64,000 bases of DNA from Thermoanaerobaculia bacterium (GCA_036385045.1 DASVLC010000252.1:2185-66184); one strand, 5' to 3'; positions 45,945 to 56,428 are shown, counted from the stretch's first letter. Numbers and translations: made by a program. Notes: generated by a model not told the origin, from the sequence alone.

Positions 45945-46447
45945 AAACTGCACTGATCGCATTTCTCTTCGTGGCAACCACCCTCTCCGCCAGTGAACGT
46001 CCGCCTCAGGTTCCGGAGTGGGACATCATTCCGGCCGGCGTCGTCGATGCGATCTGCACTCGGCTGAAAATGGACGCCGTCGCAACCGGCCGGACGACCA
46101 TTGTTCGCGTAACGCAGCCGCTGATCACTCCCGCGTCCGTCGCCTCGCTCGCCCCGAAAAACAAACGCAAAAAGGCCTCGGCAACATTCACGAATCGTGC
46201 GATCCCGATCTCTCTCGAAGGAGAGCTCTGCGACTGGCAGCCGATCGACGCGACGGAGATTTCCAGCCGGCATGACGAGATGATCGTCGAGCTTTCGGCG
46301 CCGCTGGCCAATCCATTCAGCCGCGGTGAGGCGGGGATGTTCGCACGCGTTTCCCTCGGCGGCGTCCACCCGTCCTGGTACTGGGTATCGCTCGTACCGA
46401 CCGGCGATGGATGGGTGGTCAGGTTCGTTTTCGTGTTATCGAGATAA
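45941..46447 (+). CDS. Hypothetical secreted protein
   Basis: Putative TTG start overlapping the helicase stop. Signal peptide MKTALIAFLFVATTLSAS. No recognizable domain. Confidence 0.4.
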   Translation: MKTALIAFLFVATTLSASERPPQVPEWDIIPAGVVDAICTRLKMDAVATGRTTIVRVTQPLITPASVASLAPKNKRKKASATFTNRAIPISLEGELCDWQPIDATEISSRHDEMIVELSAPLANPFSRGEAGMFARVSLGGVHPSWYWVSLVPTGDGWVVRFVFVLSR

Positions 46448-46560
46448 CTCTCTTACAAGAAACCAACGACATCACGTAAACCACTGACAATAAACGTGTT
46501 AACAGTGCTCAACAAGGTGGTACGCAGCTTTCATATGCGATAGGGCGACGAGCCTCACAT

Positions 46561-47058
46561 ATGACCCATAGTGACTTGCAATTTCAGCCGCGGATCCTGG
46601 TCGCCGATGACGATCGTTCGATTCGCCAGCTCGTCGCTTCGATTCTCCGGCGGGAGGGACTCGCTGTCGATACCGCGGCCGATGGGGCGCAGGCGATCGA
46701 GTGCCTGCGCAACAATGACTACTCGATCGTACTCCTCGATCTGCTCATGCCCCGTCTCGACGGTTTCGGGGTCATGGAGTATCTGAAAGAATCCGGCTCG
46801 CGCCCGAAGCCGGTTGTTCTGATCATGACTGCCTATGCTGATCAGAGGTTCAAGAAAGTAGACCCGGAGGTGGTTACCGGCGTGCTGCGTAAGCCTTTCG
46901 ACATCGCCGAGCTCGCCAGTCTGCTCCGCCTTTGCGTGGAAGGATTGCACCCGCGGCCTGCCGCAACGGGTGTCGATGAAACGCGCGCCGATGTCGCGCC
47001 CTCTCCGCCTCCCGGTCCCGAGCTCCTGCGACCGCGCGGCGACGAAGGGGTCTTCTAG
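46561..47058 (+). CDS. Single-domain response regulator (CheY-like receiver with short C-terminal tail)
   Basis: ILVADDDRSIRQL…VLLDLLMPRLDG…LIMTAYAD…KPFD; receiver domain only. Confidence 0.8.
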   Translation: MTHSDLQFQPRILVADDDRSIRQLVASILRREGLAVDTAADGAQAIECLRNNDYSIVLLDLLMPRLDGFGVMEYLKESGSRPKPVVLIMTAYADQRFKKVDPEVVTGVLRKPFDIAELASLLRLCVEGLHPRPAATGVDETRADVAPSPPPGPELLRPRGDEGVF

Positions 47059-47203
47059 CAGTCTCCCTAACCCTTACGCTTCGCCATGTCGTGAACTCTC
47101 TTGCGAATGACGTCGCTGGCTGGGATGATCGTGCGGCGGAGGCGTAACCATTCCGGAAGGCAGGCGTCAGCGGCATAAGTGGGCAGCACTCGGCGACGCC
47201 GAG

Positions 47204-48184
47204 TTGCTCGAGTTGCCGATCAGGAGCCTCGGCCTGAGGATCGAGGGCACCTGGATCGAGGAGTGCGTCGACGATCTGTACGCCGATCTCGACCGCCGCG
47301 GAATCCCCTTCCGGCCTCACGCGTGGTTGTCTTCCGACTGGTTCGTGCCCGATCGCATTCCGGGAATCGCCGTCCCTTTCTATCTCGCGCATCCCCGCCT
47401 GATGAAGCTCGAGCGGAAACAGATGCTCGAAGTAGAAGGGGGGACGCGTACCGAGATGATGAAGATCCTCCGTCATGAGTGCGGGCATGCGTTCGACAAT
47501 GCGTACCGGCTCGGACGCGATTCTGCTCGCCGTCAGCTGTTCGGCGATCCGGCGAAACACTATCCGGAGCATTACCGGCCCAACCCCGCCAGCAGACGCT
47601 TCGTGCATCACCTTCGCCTCTACTACGCACAGAGTCATCCGCTCGAAGATTTCGCAGAGACGTTCGCCGTCGTCATTGCCTCGAGGGGCGGCGGCTGGAA
47701 AAAGCGGTATGCCGGCTGGCCCGCGCTACGGAAACTGAAGTACGTCGATGAACTGCTGGAGCGCTTCCGTGACACCCCGCCGCGACATCGCAACCGGCAG
47801 ATGCCGGACTCACTCTCGACCCTCGGCATGACGCTGGGCAAGTACTACAAAGACAAGCGTGAGCGCTACCTCGTGAGCTATCCCGACATTTATGACGGCG
47901 ACCTGCGCAGGCTTTTCTCCGACGACCCGCGGCACAAGAGCGAGGAACTCGCTTCGCGTTTTCTGCGGCGGAACAGTTCCGAGATCCGCCGGCTGGTCGC
48001 GAACTGGACGGGCGAATATCAGTTCACGCTCGAACAGGTACTGAAGGACATGATCGGCCGGAGTCGCGAGCTCAAGCTGCGAGCGGCGGGTCAGGAACGC
48101 CGGCTGAAGATGGAGTTTGCAATTTTGCTCACCGTGAAGACGATGGATTTCCACTACAGTCGCCGCAACTGGTTCGCCCTATGA
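47204..48184 (+). CDS. Putative zinc-binding (zincin-like, HExxH) metallopeptidase
   Basis: HEXXH (LRHECGHAFDN). This family is usually found next to an ATP-grasp ligase. The start codon is uncertain (a TTG at 47204). Confidence 0.55.
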   Translation: MLELPIRSLGLRIEGTWIEECVDDLYADLDRRGIPFRPHAWLSSDWFVPDRIPGIAVPFYLAHPRLMKLERKQMLEVEGGTRTEMMKILRHECGHAFDNAYRLGRDSARRQLFGDPAKHYPEHYRPNPASRRFVHHLRLYYAQSHPLEDFAETFAVVIASRGGGWKKRYAGWPALRKLKYVDELLERFRDTPPRHRNRQMPDSLSTLGMTLGKYYKDKRERYLVSYPDIYDGDLRRLFSDDPRHKSEELASRFLRRNSSEIRRLVANWTGEYQFTLEQVLKDMIGRSRELKLRAAGQERRLKMEFAILLTVKTMDFHYSRRNWFAL

Positions 48185-49206
48185 AGCGGAAACTGAAAGT
48201 AGTCGTCCTGTTGCATCCCTCGATGATGCCGCCCGAGAGCCGTGACGGCTTTACCGAGCAGCAGATCTACGAGTGGAAGACGGAGTTCGACGTCGTCACG
48301 ACACTCCGCGAGCTCGGCCATGAAGTAAAACCTCTGGGAGTAGCGGACGAGCTGACACCGATCCGCAATGTGATCGAGGAGTGGCAGCCCGATATCGTCT
48401 TCAACCTGCTCGAAGAGTTTCTCGGCCGGCAGGATTTCGATCATCACGTCGTCAGCTTTCTCGAGCTGATGCAGGTTCCCTACACCGGGTGTCATCCGCG
48501 GGGGCTGATGCTCGCACGCGACAAGGCTCTGTCGAAGAAGCTCCTCTCCTATCACCATCTGGTCGTTCCCAGGTTCGCTGTCTTTCCGCGTGGACGACGG
48601 GTGCAACGACCGAAGGGTCTCGAGTTCCCGCTCATCGTCAAGAGTCTGGTACACGAAGCATCCCTCGGCATCTCGCAGGCTTCCATCGTCGACTCCGACG
48701 AGCGGCTGCGCGAGCGCGTCGCATTCATCCACCAGCGCAACGGTGCGGACGCGATCGCCGAGCAGTACGTCGACGGCCGCGAGTTCTACGTCGGAATCGT
48801 CGGCAACCTGCGCCTCGAGGTACTCCCGGTATGGGAGCTCGTGTTCGAGAACATGCCTCCGGGCTCCGTTGCCATCGCAACCGCACGCGTGAAGCACAAC
48901 ACCGATTACCAGCGGCGGCGCGGCATCTACCAGCAGCAGGCTGAAGGTCTCACCGACGCGCTCCGTTCCCACATCATCCGGACGACGAAACGCATCGTCC
49001 GGATCCTCGACCTCGACGGCTACAACCGTGTCGACTACCGCCTCGCTTCGGATGGAAAGCTCTACTTCCTGGAAGCGAATCCCAATCCCGATATCGCACA
49101 GAGCGAGGAGTTCGCATCCGCCGCACTCGAAGCCGGTCACTCGTACCCGCAACTCATCCAGCGGATCCTCGAACTCGGGTTGAAGCGCGCCGCTGCGGGG
49201 AAGTGA
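48181..49206 (+). CDS. ATP-grasp ligase, D-alanine--D-alanine ligase family
   Basis: Start overlaps the upstream stop (ATGA). ATP-grasp blocks (PLIVKSLVHEASLGIS; EQYVDGREFYVGIVG; YNRVDYRL…LYFLEANPNP). Confidence 0.8.
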   Translation: MKRKLKVVVLLHPSMMPPESRDGFTEQQIYEWKTEFDVVTTLRELGHEVKPLGVADELTPIRNVIEEWQPDIVFNLLEEFLGRQDFDHHVVSFLELMQVPYTGCHPRGLMLARDKALSKKLLSYHHLVVPRFAVFPRGRRVQRPKGLEFPLIVKSLVHEASLGISQASIVDSDERLRERVAFIHQRNGADAIAEQYVDGREFYVGIVGNLRLEVLPVWELVFENMPPGSVAIATARVKHNTDYQRRRGIYQQQAEGLTDALRSHIIRTTKRIVRILDLDGYNRVDYRLASDGKLYFLEANPNPDIAQSEEFASAALEAGHSYPQLIQRILELGLKRAAAGK

Positions 49207-49214
49207 GTCCTCCC

Positions 49215-51050
49215 CTACGCCCAGTTCTCCATCCAGTACTGCAGCATCACGACAGTCCAGATTGCCCGGGCGTGATTCGCGGCTCCGGCCCGGTGCTCGG
49301 CCAGCAGGCGTCCGACATAACCGGCATCGACAAGTCCATGCCGGTCGAGTGCGGCACGATCGAGCAGACGATCGACTTCCTCTTTCAGGCTGCCGTTGAT
49401 CCAGCCGGCGATCGGTACGCTGAGTCCTCGTTTGCGCCGGTAAATGATCTCGCGAGGCAGCCACGATTCGGCAGCCTTCTTCAGGACCCACTTCGTCGTC
49501 GTGCGGCGGATCCGCAGGTCGGCGGGTAGCGAGAGCGCGAACGCGGTCAGATCGCGATCGAGATAGGGCGCACGGGCCTCGACCGAAGAGAGCATCGTGG
49601 CGCGATCGACCTTCACGAGCAGGTTGTCGCGAAGATACGTCCCATAGTCCAGAAGCATTGCACCGCTCAACGGATCGCGGCTGGCAAGCCCACCGTTTGC
49701 GAACGGAGGGAGGTCCGCTGTCTGCGCGAGAGCAGCGTGGTCGATGCCGGTACCGAACCAGCCGAGATGACGTTCGATCCAATCCCGTCCAGCATCGCGA
49801 AGAAACCTCTTGAGCAGAAACTCGAGCGTCACCCTCCGGCTCGATGCCGGGACGGCAAAGACAACTCTCTGGAGGGAACTGCGCACGAAGCGGGGAAGCG
49901 CATTCCACAGAGGCACCAGCTTGTGCCCGAGGTACGTGGGATACCCTCCGAACAGCTCGTCGGCACCTTCGCCGCTTAGTACTACCTTGACGTGCTCGCG
50001 GGCTGCCCGCGCAAGCAGAAAGGTGGGAAGGATCGCTGGATCTGCAAGCGGCTCGGCCAGACGTGTGGTCACACTAATCAAAGCCTCGCGCAGCGTCTCG
50101 TCATCCGTCCGCACCTGCACGTGGTGCGTCCGCATCCGTCTCGCCGTTTCCGCGGCATACGCACTCTCGTCGTAGGATTCTGCCGAGAACTGCGCCGAGA
50201 AGGTGTGGACGCGATCGAGTCCCAGTTCCCGTGCCGCCAGTACGGTGAGGATTGACGAGTCGAGTCCGCCGCTGATGAACACACCCACCGGGACGTCCGA
50301 CATCACCTGCTTCTGCACCGCTTTCTCGATCAGCCGGCGAGTCTCGAGTATCGCCAGTCCTTCGTCGCGCTCTGTGAGCTCGAACGCCAGAGGGTTCCAA
50401 TAGCGAACCGTCTTCTCGCCATCTGGGGCGAAATGCATCCAGCAGCCGGAGGGCACACGACGGATGGCGGTAAACGCCGTCTGCGGTTCCGGTACATAGC
50501 CAAAGGCGAGATAAGACGTCAGCGCCTGTCGATCGAGCTGACGGGAGAGTGCTGGATGAGTGAGAAGGCACTGAACTTCAGACGCAAACAGAAGCTCAGC
50601 GCCGGTACGCGCATAGAAGAGCGGCTTCTCGCCCGCCCGGTCTCGCGCGAGCAGCAGTGTGTGGCTGCGGTTGTCCCATATCGCCAGAGCGAACATACCG
50701 TCGAGCTGCTCCACGGCCTGTGCGCCATGCTCGAGATAGAGCGGAAGGATGCTCTCGACATCGGAATTTGACCGAAAAGGAAACGATGGATAGCGGCTGC
50801 GAATCTCCGGCGCGTTGTAGATCTCGCCGTTTGCCTGCAGCCAGACATCGCCATCGGGCGAGGCGAAAGGCTGATCTCCTCGCTCGTGAAGATCGATGAT
50901 TCGGAGGCGTTCGGTGCCGATCGCCACATTCGACGCGGAAAGAACGGCACTGCCGTCAGGCCCCCTGTGGCGAAGTGACTCCCCCATCCGTTCGAGCAAG
51001 GTGGGGTCCTGAAGAGGTGCTGCGCTGACCAGGCCGTAGATGCCGCACAC
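49215..51050 (-). CDS. asnB: Asparagine synthase (glutamine-hydrolysing), AsnB family
   Basis: GTG start gives the N-terminal V(M)CGIYG nucleophile motif. Class II GATase domain plus the synthetase PP-loop (SGGLDSS). Confidence 0.85.
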   Translation of the reverse strand: MCGIYGLVSAAPLQDPTLLERMGESLRHRGPDGSAVLSASNVAIGTERLRIIDLHERGDQPFASPDGDVWLQANGEIYNAPEIRSRYPSFPFRSNSDVESILPLYLEHGAQAVEQLDGMFALAIWDNRSHTLLLARDRAGEKPLFYARTGAELLFASEVQCLLTHPALSRQLDRQALTSYLAFGYVPEPQTAFTAIRRVPSGCWMHFAPDGEKTVRYWNPLAFELTERDEGLAILETRRLIEKAVQKQVMSDVPVGVFISGGLDSSILTVLAARELGLDRVHTFSAQFSAESYDESAYAAETARRMRTHHVQVRTDDETLREALISVTTRLAEPLADPAILPTFLLARAAREHVKVVLSGEGADELFGGYPTYLGHKLVPLWNALPRFVRSSLQRVVFAVPASSRRVTLEFLLKRFLRDAGRDWIERHLGWFGTGIDHAALAQTADLPPFANGGLASRDPLSGAMLLDYGTYLRDNLLVKVDRATMLSSVEARAPYLDRDLTAFALSLPADLRIRRTTTKWVLKKAAESWLPREIIYRRKRGLSVPIAGWINGSLKEEVDRLLDRAALDRHGLVDAGYVGRLLAEHRAGAANHARAIWTVVMLQYWMENWA

Positions 51051-51137
51051 GCGGGCGGGATTGTGGCACAGGGGAGAAGAGTCGGCGAGACTCCTGGATC
51101 TGAGCGCAGGGGAAACCAGGTCGCCGCGCAAACCCGG

Positions 51138-52757
51138 TCAGGGCTTCACGTACGCCACCAGCCTGGCGCTGTCGGCCACCGCCCGCCAGCCCAGGGACTC
51201 GAGCACGGCACGGCGTTGGCCGTCGCGAATCTTGACGATGTAGATCCGAGGCGTGCAGCAGTCGCGTACGGTGGCCTCGAAGTAGCTTTCTTTTCGTACC
51301 GGTGAGGCCGCGTCTCGCGTGAGATCGTCGTAGATGCTGATGAGGTAGTTGCTGGTGAGCTCGCTGGCATCATCGGAGACGAGTATCACCGGCCTCCGGA
51401 GATAGAACGCCAGCGAGCCCGTGTATGCCTCCAACCCAATGATCTTCGTCTGAGGACCGACATAGGGCGCCAGCTCGGCGACGAACGACTTCATCGAGCG
51501 GCGTTCGCCGAGAGCGTGCATCAGAGGATTGGTGGTCAGCGGGAGTGAGATGAAAGGAGTCGTCAGTGCCACCAGTACGAGCTCTTTGCGTCGAACGAAC
51601 AGGGCAGCAACGCCGGCGATGACGAACACGATCCCGAGAACGATGGCCGTATCGTCGGCCACAGCCGCCACCTCCGGCTTCATCTCTGTTCGATGAAGCA
51701 CGAACGGCGCTGTGAAGAGAATGCATCCGATGGCAGCGACCAGGACAGCGGCGGCGCGGGTCCTCGTCTCGGGCCAGATGCGCGCGATCAGCAGCGCGAC
51801 GGCAGGCATCAACGGCAGGATGTACTGCGGCAGCTTCGACTGGGATAGCGAGAAAAAGGTCAGGGGAATGGCGATCCAGAGGAGCAGATAGAGCAGCTCC
51901 GACCGTTTGTCTCGGACCGCCCGCCAGCTCGCCAGCGCGACGATCGACCACGGAAGAGCGCCGGCGACGAGGTACGGCAGGAAAAACCACGGCGGGCCAG
52001 TTCGCTCGAGATCCGGAGTCGTCATCCGCGCCGCGGTCTCCGTGAAAATCACGTACTGAAGAAAGTCGGGAACTACGCGGGAGACGCCCCAGACCCAGGG
52101 ACCGACGATCGCGGCGAACAGCAGCAACCCCGTGAGCGGGAACAGAACTCTCAGTCTGGCTCGTCTCCAGGCATACGGCATCGCGACGAAGAGGACGAGG
52201 ACGAAGGTGACCGGACCCTTGGTGATCATGGCCAGCCCCATGGCCACCCAGGCCAGGATCGCCCAGCGCCTGTTCCCTTCCTCCACCGCGAGATAGCAGC
52301 CGACGAGTCCCACGACAGCAAAGAAAGTCAGTGCGCTGTCGAAGATCACGATGCGTGCAAAGGCGACCGTGAACGGCATCGCAAGGAACACGATCGAGGC
52401 GATCCACGGCGCGTCACCACCCCACAGTCTGCGGGCGAACCAGAAGATCATCGCCGCCGTGGCCAGCGTGAAGAGATACGCCGGAAGACGGGCAGCCAGT
52501 TCAGTCGGCCCAAGGACTTCCATGAGCGCGGCTTCGGCAGCGAAGTAGACGACAGGCTTGTCGACATACGGAAGGCCGTTGAGCCGCGGCACCACATAGT
52601 CGTTCGTCTCAGCCATCGCACGCGCGACCTCCGCGTTGCGTCCCTCATCCGAATCGAAGAGAGGAACACTGCCGAGGTGCACCGCGATCGCAACGATCAC
52701 GACCAGAAGCCAGAAGCTGAGGATTCGTGAGGGAACCACGCGATCGGTGATTAACAT
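51138..52757 (-). CDS. GT39/PMT_2-family glycosyltransferase (ArnT-like undecaprenyl-phosphate sugar transferase)
   Basis: About 11 TM helices with the DE motif near the N-terminus (FDSDEGRNAEVARAM). Soluble C-terminal domain. Confidence 0.7.
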   Translation of the reverse strand: MLITDRVVPSRILSFWLLVVIVAIAVHLGSVPLFDSDEGRNAEVARAMAETNDYVVPRLNGLPYVDKPVVYFAAEAALMEVLGPTELAARLPAYLFTLATAAMIFWFARRLWGGDAPWIASIVFLAMPFTVAFARIVIFDSALTFFAVVGLVGCYLAVEEGNRRWAILAWVAMGLAMITKGPVTFVLVLFVAMPYAWRRARLRVLFPLTGLLLFAAIVGPWVWGVSRVVPDFLQYVIFTETAARMTTPDLERTGPPWFFLPYLVAGALPWSIVALASWRAVRDKRSELLYLLLWIAIPLTFFSLSQSKLPQYILPLMPAVALLIARIWPETRTRAAAVLVAAIGCILFTAPFVLHRTEMKPEVAAVADDTAIVLGIVFVIAGVAALFVRRKELVLVALTTPFISLPLTTNPLMHALGERRSMKSFVAELAPYVGPQTKIIGLEAYTGSLAFYLRRPVILVSDDASELTSNYLISIYDDLTRDAASPVRKESYFEATVRDCCTPRIYIVKIRDGQRRAVLESLGWRAVADSARLVAYVKP

Positions 52758-52879
52758 CGTCTACTGAGAGTTCCTTCCGCTCCGTCCGGCTGCAACGCAA
52801 GCTTCACGCCTTCACAACTCGAGTGTCCTTCGCGACATAAGTTCAAATCGACCCGGACCCATCTAGAATAGGTTCATCC

Positions 52880-55594
52880 ATGTCACTCCAATCCGGATCA
52901 AACCTCGGGCCTTACCAGGTCCAGAGTCTCCTCGGCGAAGGCGGCATGGGAGCGGTGTATCGCGCACGCGATACGCGGCTCGGACGTGATGTCGCCATCA
53001 AGGTGATCACGAACGTCACTCCCGGCGACCGCGACCGGATCTCGAGATTCGAACAGGAAGCGCGAACCGCGGGGATGCTCAATCATCCGAATCTCCTGAC
53101 GATCTTCGATGTCGGTCTCGATCAGCAGGGCTACCCCTACATCGTGAGTGAGATGCTGGAAGGAGAGACTCTCAGCAGCCGCCTCGAACGGGGCCCCCTC
53201 GCCCCCCGGCGTGCCATGGACGCGGCACTGCAGATGGCCGAGGGACTTGCTGCTGCACACGAAAAGGGAATCGTCCACCGCGATCTGAAGCCGGACAACG
53301 TTTTTCTCACCCGCGACGGGCGCCTCAAGATCCTCGACTTCGGCATTGCAAAACTGACACGCGCCGACGGCGACGGCCCCTCGATCTCTCCCACTGCCAC
53401 CGAGCCGGGCATTGTTCTCGGCACCGTCGGCTACATGTCTCCCGAACAGATTCGCGGCGAAGTGATCGATCACCGCTCCGACATTTTCGCCCTCGGAACG
53501 ATCCTCTACGAAATGCTGGCGGGAGCCCGCGCCTTCCAGGGTAATGGCTCGATCGAGACACTGAGTGCGATCCTTCGCGAAGAGCCGCGAGAGCTGGCCG
53601 ACGTCCTTCCTTCGGTTCCTCCACCGCTGGAAAAGCTCGTACGCCGGTGTCTCGAGAAAGACCGGGACCTGCGGTTTCAGTCGGCGCGCGATCTGGCCTT
53701 TCATCTTCAGACGCTTTCAACGCTCGCACAACCTCTGAGCAGGGGTGGCTCGGCTCAGCCGCCCCCTCTTTCGCCGTCACAAGCACCGACCGTGAGAACC
53801 GCGCAGCCAGCAGTGAAGACCGACGCGCCCACCGTGCGGCGTGCTCCACCGACGCCCCAGAGAGCGAAAGCGAAGAAGAGAGTCTCACCATTGCTTCTCG
53901 TCTTCTTCTACCTCGCCTCCGTCGCCGGAGCAGCATATGCAGCGTGGGCCTGGAACAACGGCAATTCCTCAGAGGTCGCGGAGCCGCAGTTCGATCGCAT
54001 CACCTTCCGGCGAGGCGATGTCCGCTCCGCCCGCTTCTCACCCGATGGCGAAACGATCGTCTACAGCGCCGCGTGGGACGGACAGCCGGCCGAAACATTC
54101 ATCGCGACCCGTCATGCTCCCGAATCGCGTCCGCTCGGCGTGTCCGACAGTGAAATCCTCGCCGTCTCCCGCTCCGCCGAGCTGGCGATTCTCATCGGGC
54201 GCGATCGACTCACCGGCCTCGGGACGCTGGCGCGCCTGCCAATCGCCGGAGGGTTGCCTCGCGAGGTGGCCGAGGACGTGATTACTGCCGACTGGTCTCC
54301 GGATGGAAACTCGCTGGCAATCATCCGCCAGCATGGAGAGAACCGTCGGGTCGAATTCCCGATTGGTGTCGTGCGCTATGAGAGTCCCCGGCAGCTCTCG
54401 GCGATTCGCGTCTCACCTGATGGGCGGCGGCTCGCCATCATCGAAAGGTCGCAGGGGCAGTTCGAGATCGCCATCATCGCCGAAGGCGCACCCACGACGA
54501 TCGCACGAGGCTGGGAGCGCGGCGCGACCGGGCTTGCGTGGTCACCCGATGGATCAGAAATCTGGGTCTCGGGCACATCGACGGCAGCACCACCAGCACT
54601 CTACGCCGTCGATGTCGAGAGTGGCGCCTCCCGTCTCGTCACCCGCCTCACCGGTTCTATCCGTGTCTTCGACGTCTCTCGTCATGGCGAGGCACTCCTG
54701 TCAAACGGCACGTGGCGCGCCGCGCTCGTCTGGAGCTCGCCTTCGACGACGGGGGGCACCGACGCTCCCGAAACGCAGGCGGTCGCGGCCGAGACTGAAA
54801 GCGAAATCGAAGCGTCGTGGTTCGACTGGTCGATGCTCGCTGATCTCTCGTCCGACGGACGAACGATTCTGTTCAGCGAGACGCGCGAAGGCGGCGGTGT
54901 GACCAGCAGCGTATTCCTGCGCCGGCACGGCGACGCTTCTCCCATTCGCCTCGGGGAAGGCATCGGTAGCGCGCTCTCGCCCGACGGTAAGTGGGCACTG
55001 GCGTACAGGGGTGCGACGCTGATGCTCATCCCGACCGGCAGTGGCCAACCTCGAGAATTGAAGATCGCCGGAGCTTTCGACCCTGGGGCAGTCTGGCTCC
55101 CGGACTCACGGCGCGCAGTGCTCACCGGCGTCGTAGGGGATGGAGGGTACCGCCTCCACATGATCGATACTCTCGACGAGACCTCGAGCGCAATCTCTTC
55201 GGACGGAATCTGGGGCGGTGGTGCGCGCGCCTTCGCGGTGTCGCCCGACGGATCCAGCGTCGCGGCGATGACCGCCGACGAGACCATCAAGATCTATCGC
55301 ACTGACGGAGGCGAGGCTCGTCAGATACCCGGTGCGCTGAAGGGAGAGATTCCGATCCAGTGGGTCGCGGACGGCGGCGCATTGCTCGTCTACAAACCGA
55401 CCGAACTGCCTGCGCAGGTCTTTCGGGTCACGCTTGCCGACGGCAGCCGGGAACTGTGGAAGGAGTTTCGCCCTCTCGACCCTGCAGGCGTTTACCGAAT
55501 CGCCCCCATCCTGGTGACTCCGGACGAACGCGCGTACGCCTATAACGCAATGCGCGTCATGTCGGATCTGTACGTGGCGCGCGGACTGCGCTGA
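52880..55594 (+). CDS. Ser/Thr protein kinase with TM anchor and C-terminal PD40/TolB-like beta-propeller
   Basis: Kinase subdomains (GEGGMGAVYRA; AIK; HRDLKPDNVFL; DFGIA; GTVGYMSPE). A TM helix near residue 340. At least 7 PD40 repeats (SPDG… motifs). Confidence 0.85.
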   Translation: MSLQSGSNLGPYQVQSLLGEGGMGAVYRARDTRLGRDVAIKVITNVTPGDRDRISRFEQEARTAGMLNHPNLLTIFDVGLDQQGYPYIVSEMLEGETLSSRLERGPLAPRRAMDAALQMAEGLAAAHEKGIVHRDLKPDNVFLTRDGRLKILDFGIAKLTRADGDGPSISPTATEPGIVLGTVGYMSPEQIRGEVIDHRSDIFALGTILYEMLAGARAFQGNGSIETLSAILREEPRELADVLPSVPPPLEKLVRRCLEKDRDLRFQSARDLAFHLQTLSTLAQPLSRGGSAQPPPLSPSQAPTVRTAQPAVKTDAPTVRRAPPTPQRAKAKKRVSPLLLVFFYLASVAGAAYAAWAWNNGNSSEVAEPQFDRITFRRGDVRSARFSPDGETIVYSAAWDGQPAETFIATRHAPESRPLGVSDSEILAVSRSAELAILIGRDRLTGLGTLARLPIAGGLPREVAEDVITADWSPDGNSLAIIRQHGENRRVEFPIGVVRYESPRQLSAIRVSPDGRRLAIIERSQGQFEIAIIAEGAPTTIARGWERGATGLAWSPDGSEIWVSGTSTAAPPALYAVDVESGASRLVTRLTGSIRVFDVSRHGEALLSNGTWRAALVWSSPSTTGGTDAPETQAVAAETESEIEASWFDWSMLADLSSDGRTILFSETREGGGVTSSVFLRRHGDASPIRLGEGIGSALSPDGKWALAYRGATLMLIPTGSGQPRELKIAGAFDPGAVWLPDSRRAVLTGVVGDGGYRLHMIDTLDETSSAISSDGIWGGGARAFAVSPDGSSVAAMTADETIKIYRTDGGEARQIPGALKGEIPIQWVADGGALLVYKPTELPAQVFRVTLADGSRELWKEFRPLDPAGVYRIAPILVTPDERAYAYNAMRVMSDLYVARGLR

Positions 55595-55619
55595 CCACCC
55601 TTGCTACACTCGCAGCCGC

Positions 55620-56378
55620 GTGATCAGCACTCTCGTCATCTTCGTCGCCGGAATGCTGGCAGGCATGATCAATTCGATCGCAGGGGGCGGAACACTGATT
55701 TCGTTCCCCGTGCTGCTCTGGCTCGGGCGCGACGCGGTGATCGCGAACGCGACGAGCACCGTCGCGATCTGGCCGGGCTCGGTCGCTGGCGCGTTCGGAT
55801 TCCGACGTGAGCTCGCCACGGCACGCCGCTGGCTGCTGATGTTGATCATTCCTTCCCTCGTCGGAGGCGCGATGGGGGCCTGGCTCCTGCTCAGGACCGA
55901 GACTTCGACGTTCGAGAGAATCGTCCCCTTCCTGATTCTCGGCGCCACCTTGCTTTTCGCCGCCCAGGGAATGATCACCAGCCGGCTCGGTGACATCGCC
56001 CGCGCGCACGAGAACCCCAGCGCGGGCTGGCTCGTGTTCGTGTTCGCCTTCCAGTTTCTCGTCGGACTCTACGGCGGCTACTTTGGAGCGGGAATCGGCA
56101 TTCTCATGCTCGCTGCGCTCGGGCTCATCGGCATGACTGACCTTCATCAGATGAACGGGCTGAAGAATGTCCTCGCCGTCTTCATCAACGGCATCGCCGC
56201 AATCTACTTCGTCCTTCTGAAGGCGGTCGAATGGGGAGATGTCTTCGTCATGATGGCAGGCGCAATTGTCGGAGGATTCCTGGGCGCCCGGCTCGCTCAC
56301 GTGCTCGGAAGGACATTCGTCCGGCGCTCCGTCGTGGTCATCGGAATCTTCATGACCATCGCGCTGCTGCTTCGCTGA
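55620..56378 (+). CDS. TauE/SafE-family sulfite/anion exporter
   Basis: Eight-TM duplicated 4-TM repeats with the characteristic G-rich motifs. Confidence 0.7.
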   Translation: MISTLVIFVAGMLAGMINSIAGGGTLISFPVLLWLGRDAVIANATSTVAIWPGSVAGAFGFRRELATARRWLLMLIIPSLVGGAMGAWLLLRTETSTFERIVPFLILGATLLFAAQGMITSRLGDIARAHENPSAGWLVFVFAFQFLVGLYGGYFGAGIGILMLAALGLIGMTDLHQMNGLKNVLAVFINGIAAIYFVLLKAVEWGDVFVMMAGAIVGGFLGARLAHVLGRTFVRRSVVVIGIFMTIALLLR

Positions 56379-56428
56379 ACGCGACGAAGGGCTGCTGCCG
56401 GCGGCCCCGTGTTACCCTTCGCGCCCTC

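Noticed and set aside
48154-49908. 584-aa minus-strand ORF antisense to the ATP-grasp gene and overlapping asnB
   Set aside because: It is Arg/Pro-rich and low-complexity. Both overlapped genes carry strong catalytic motifs in their own frames.
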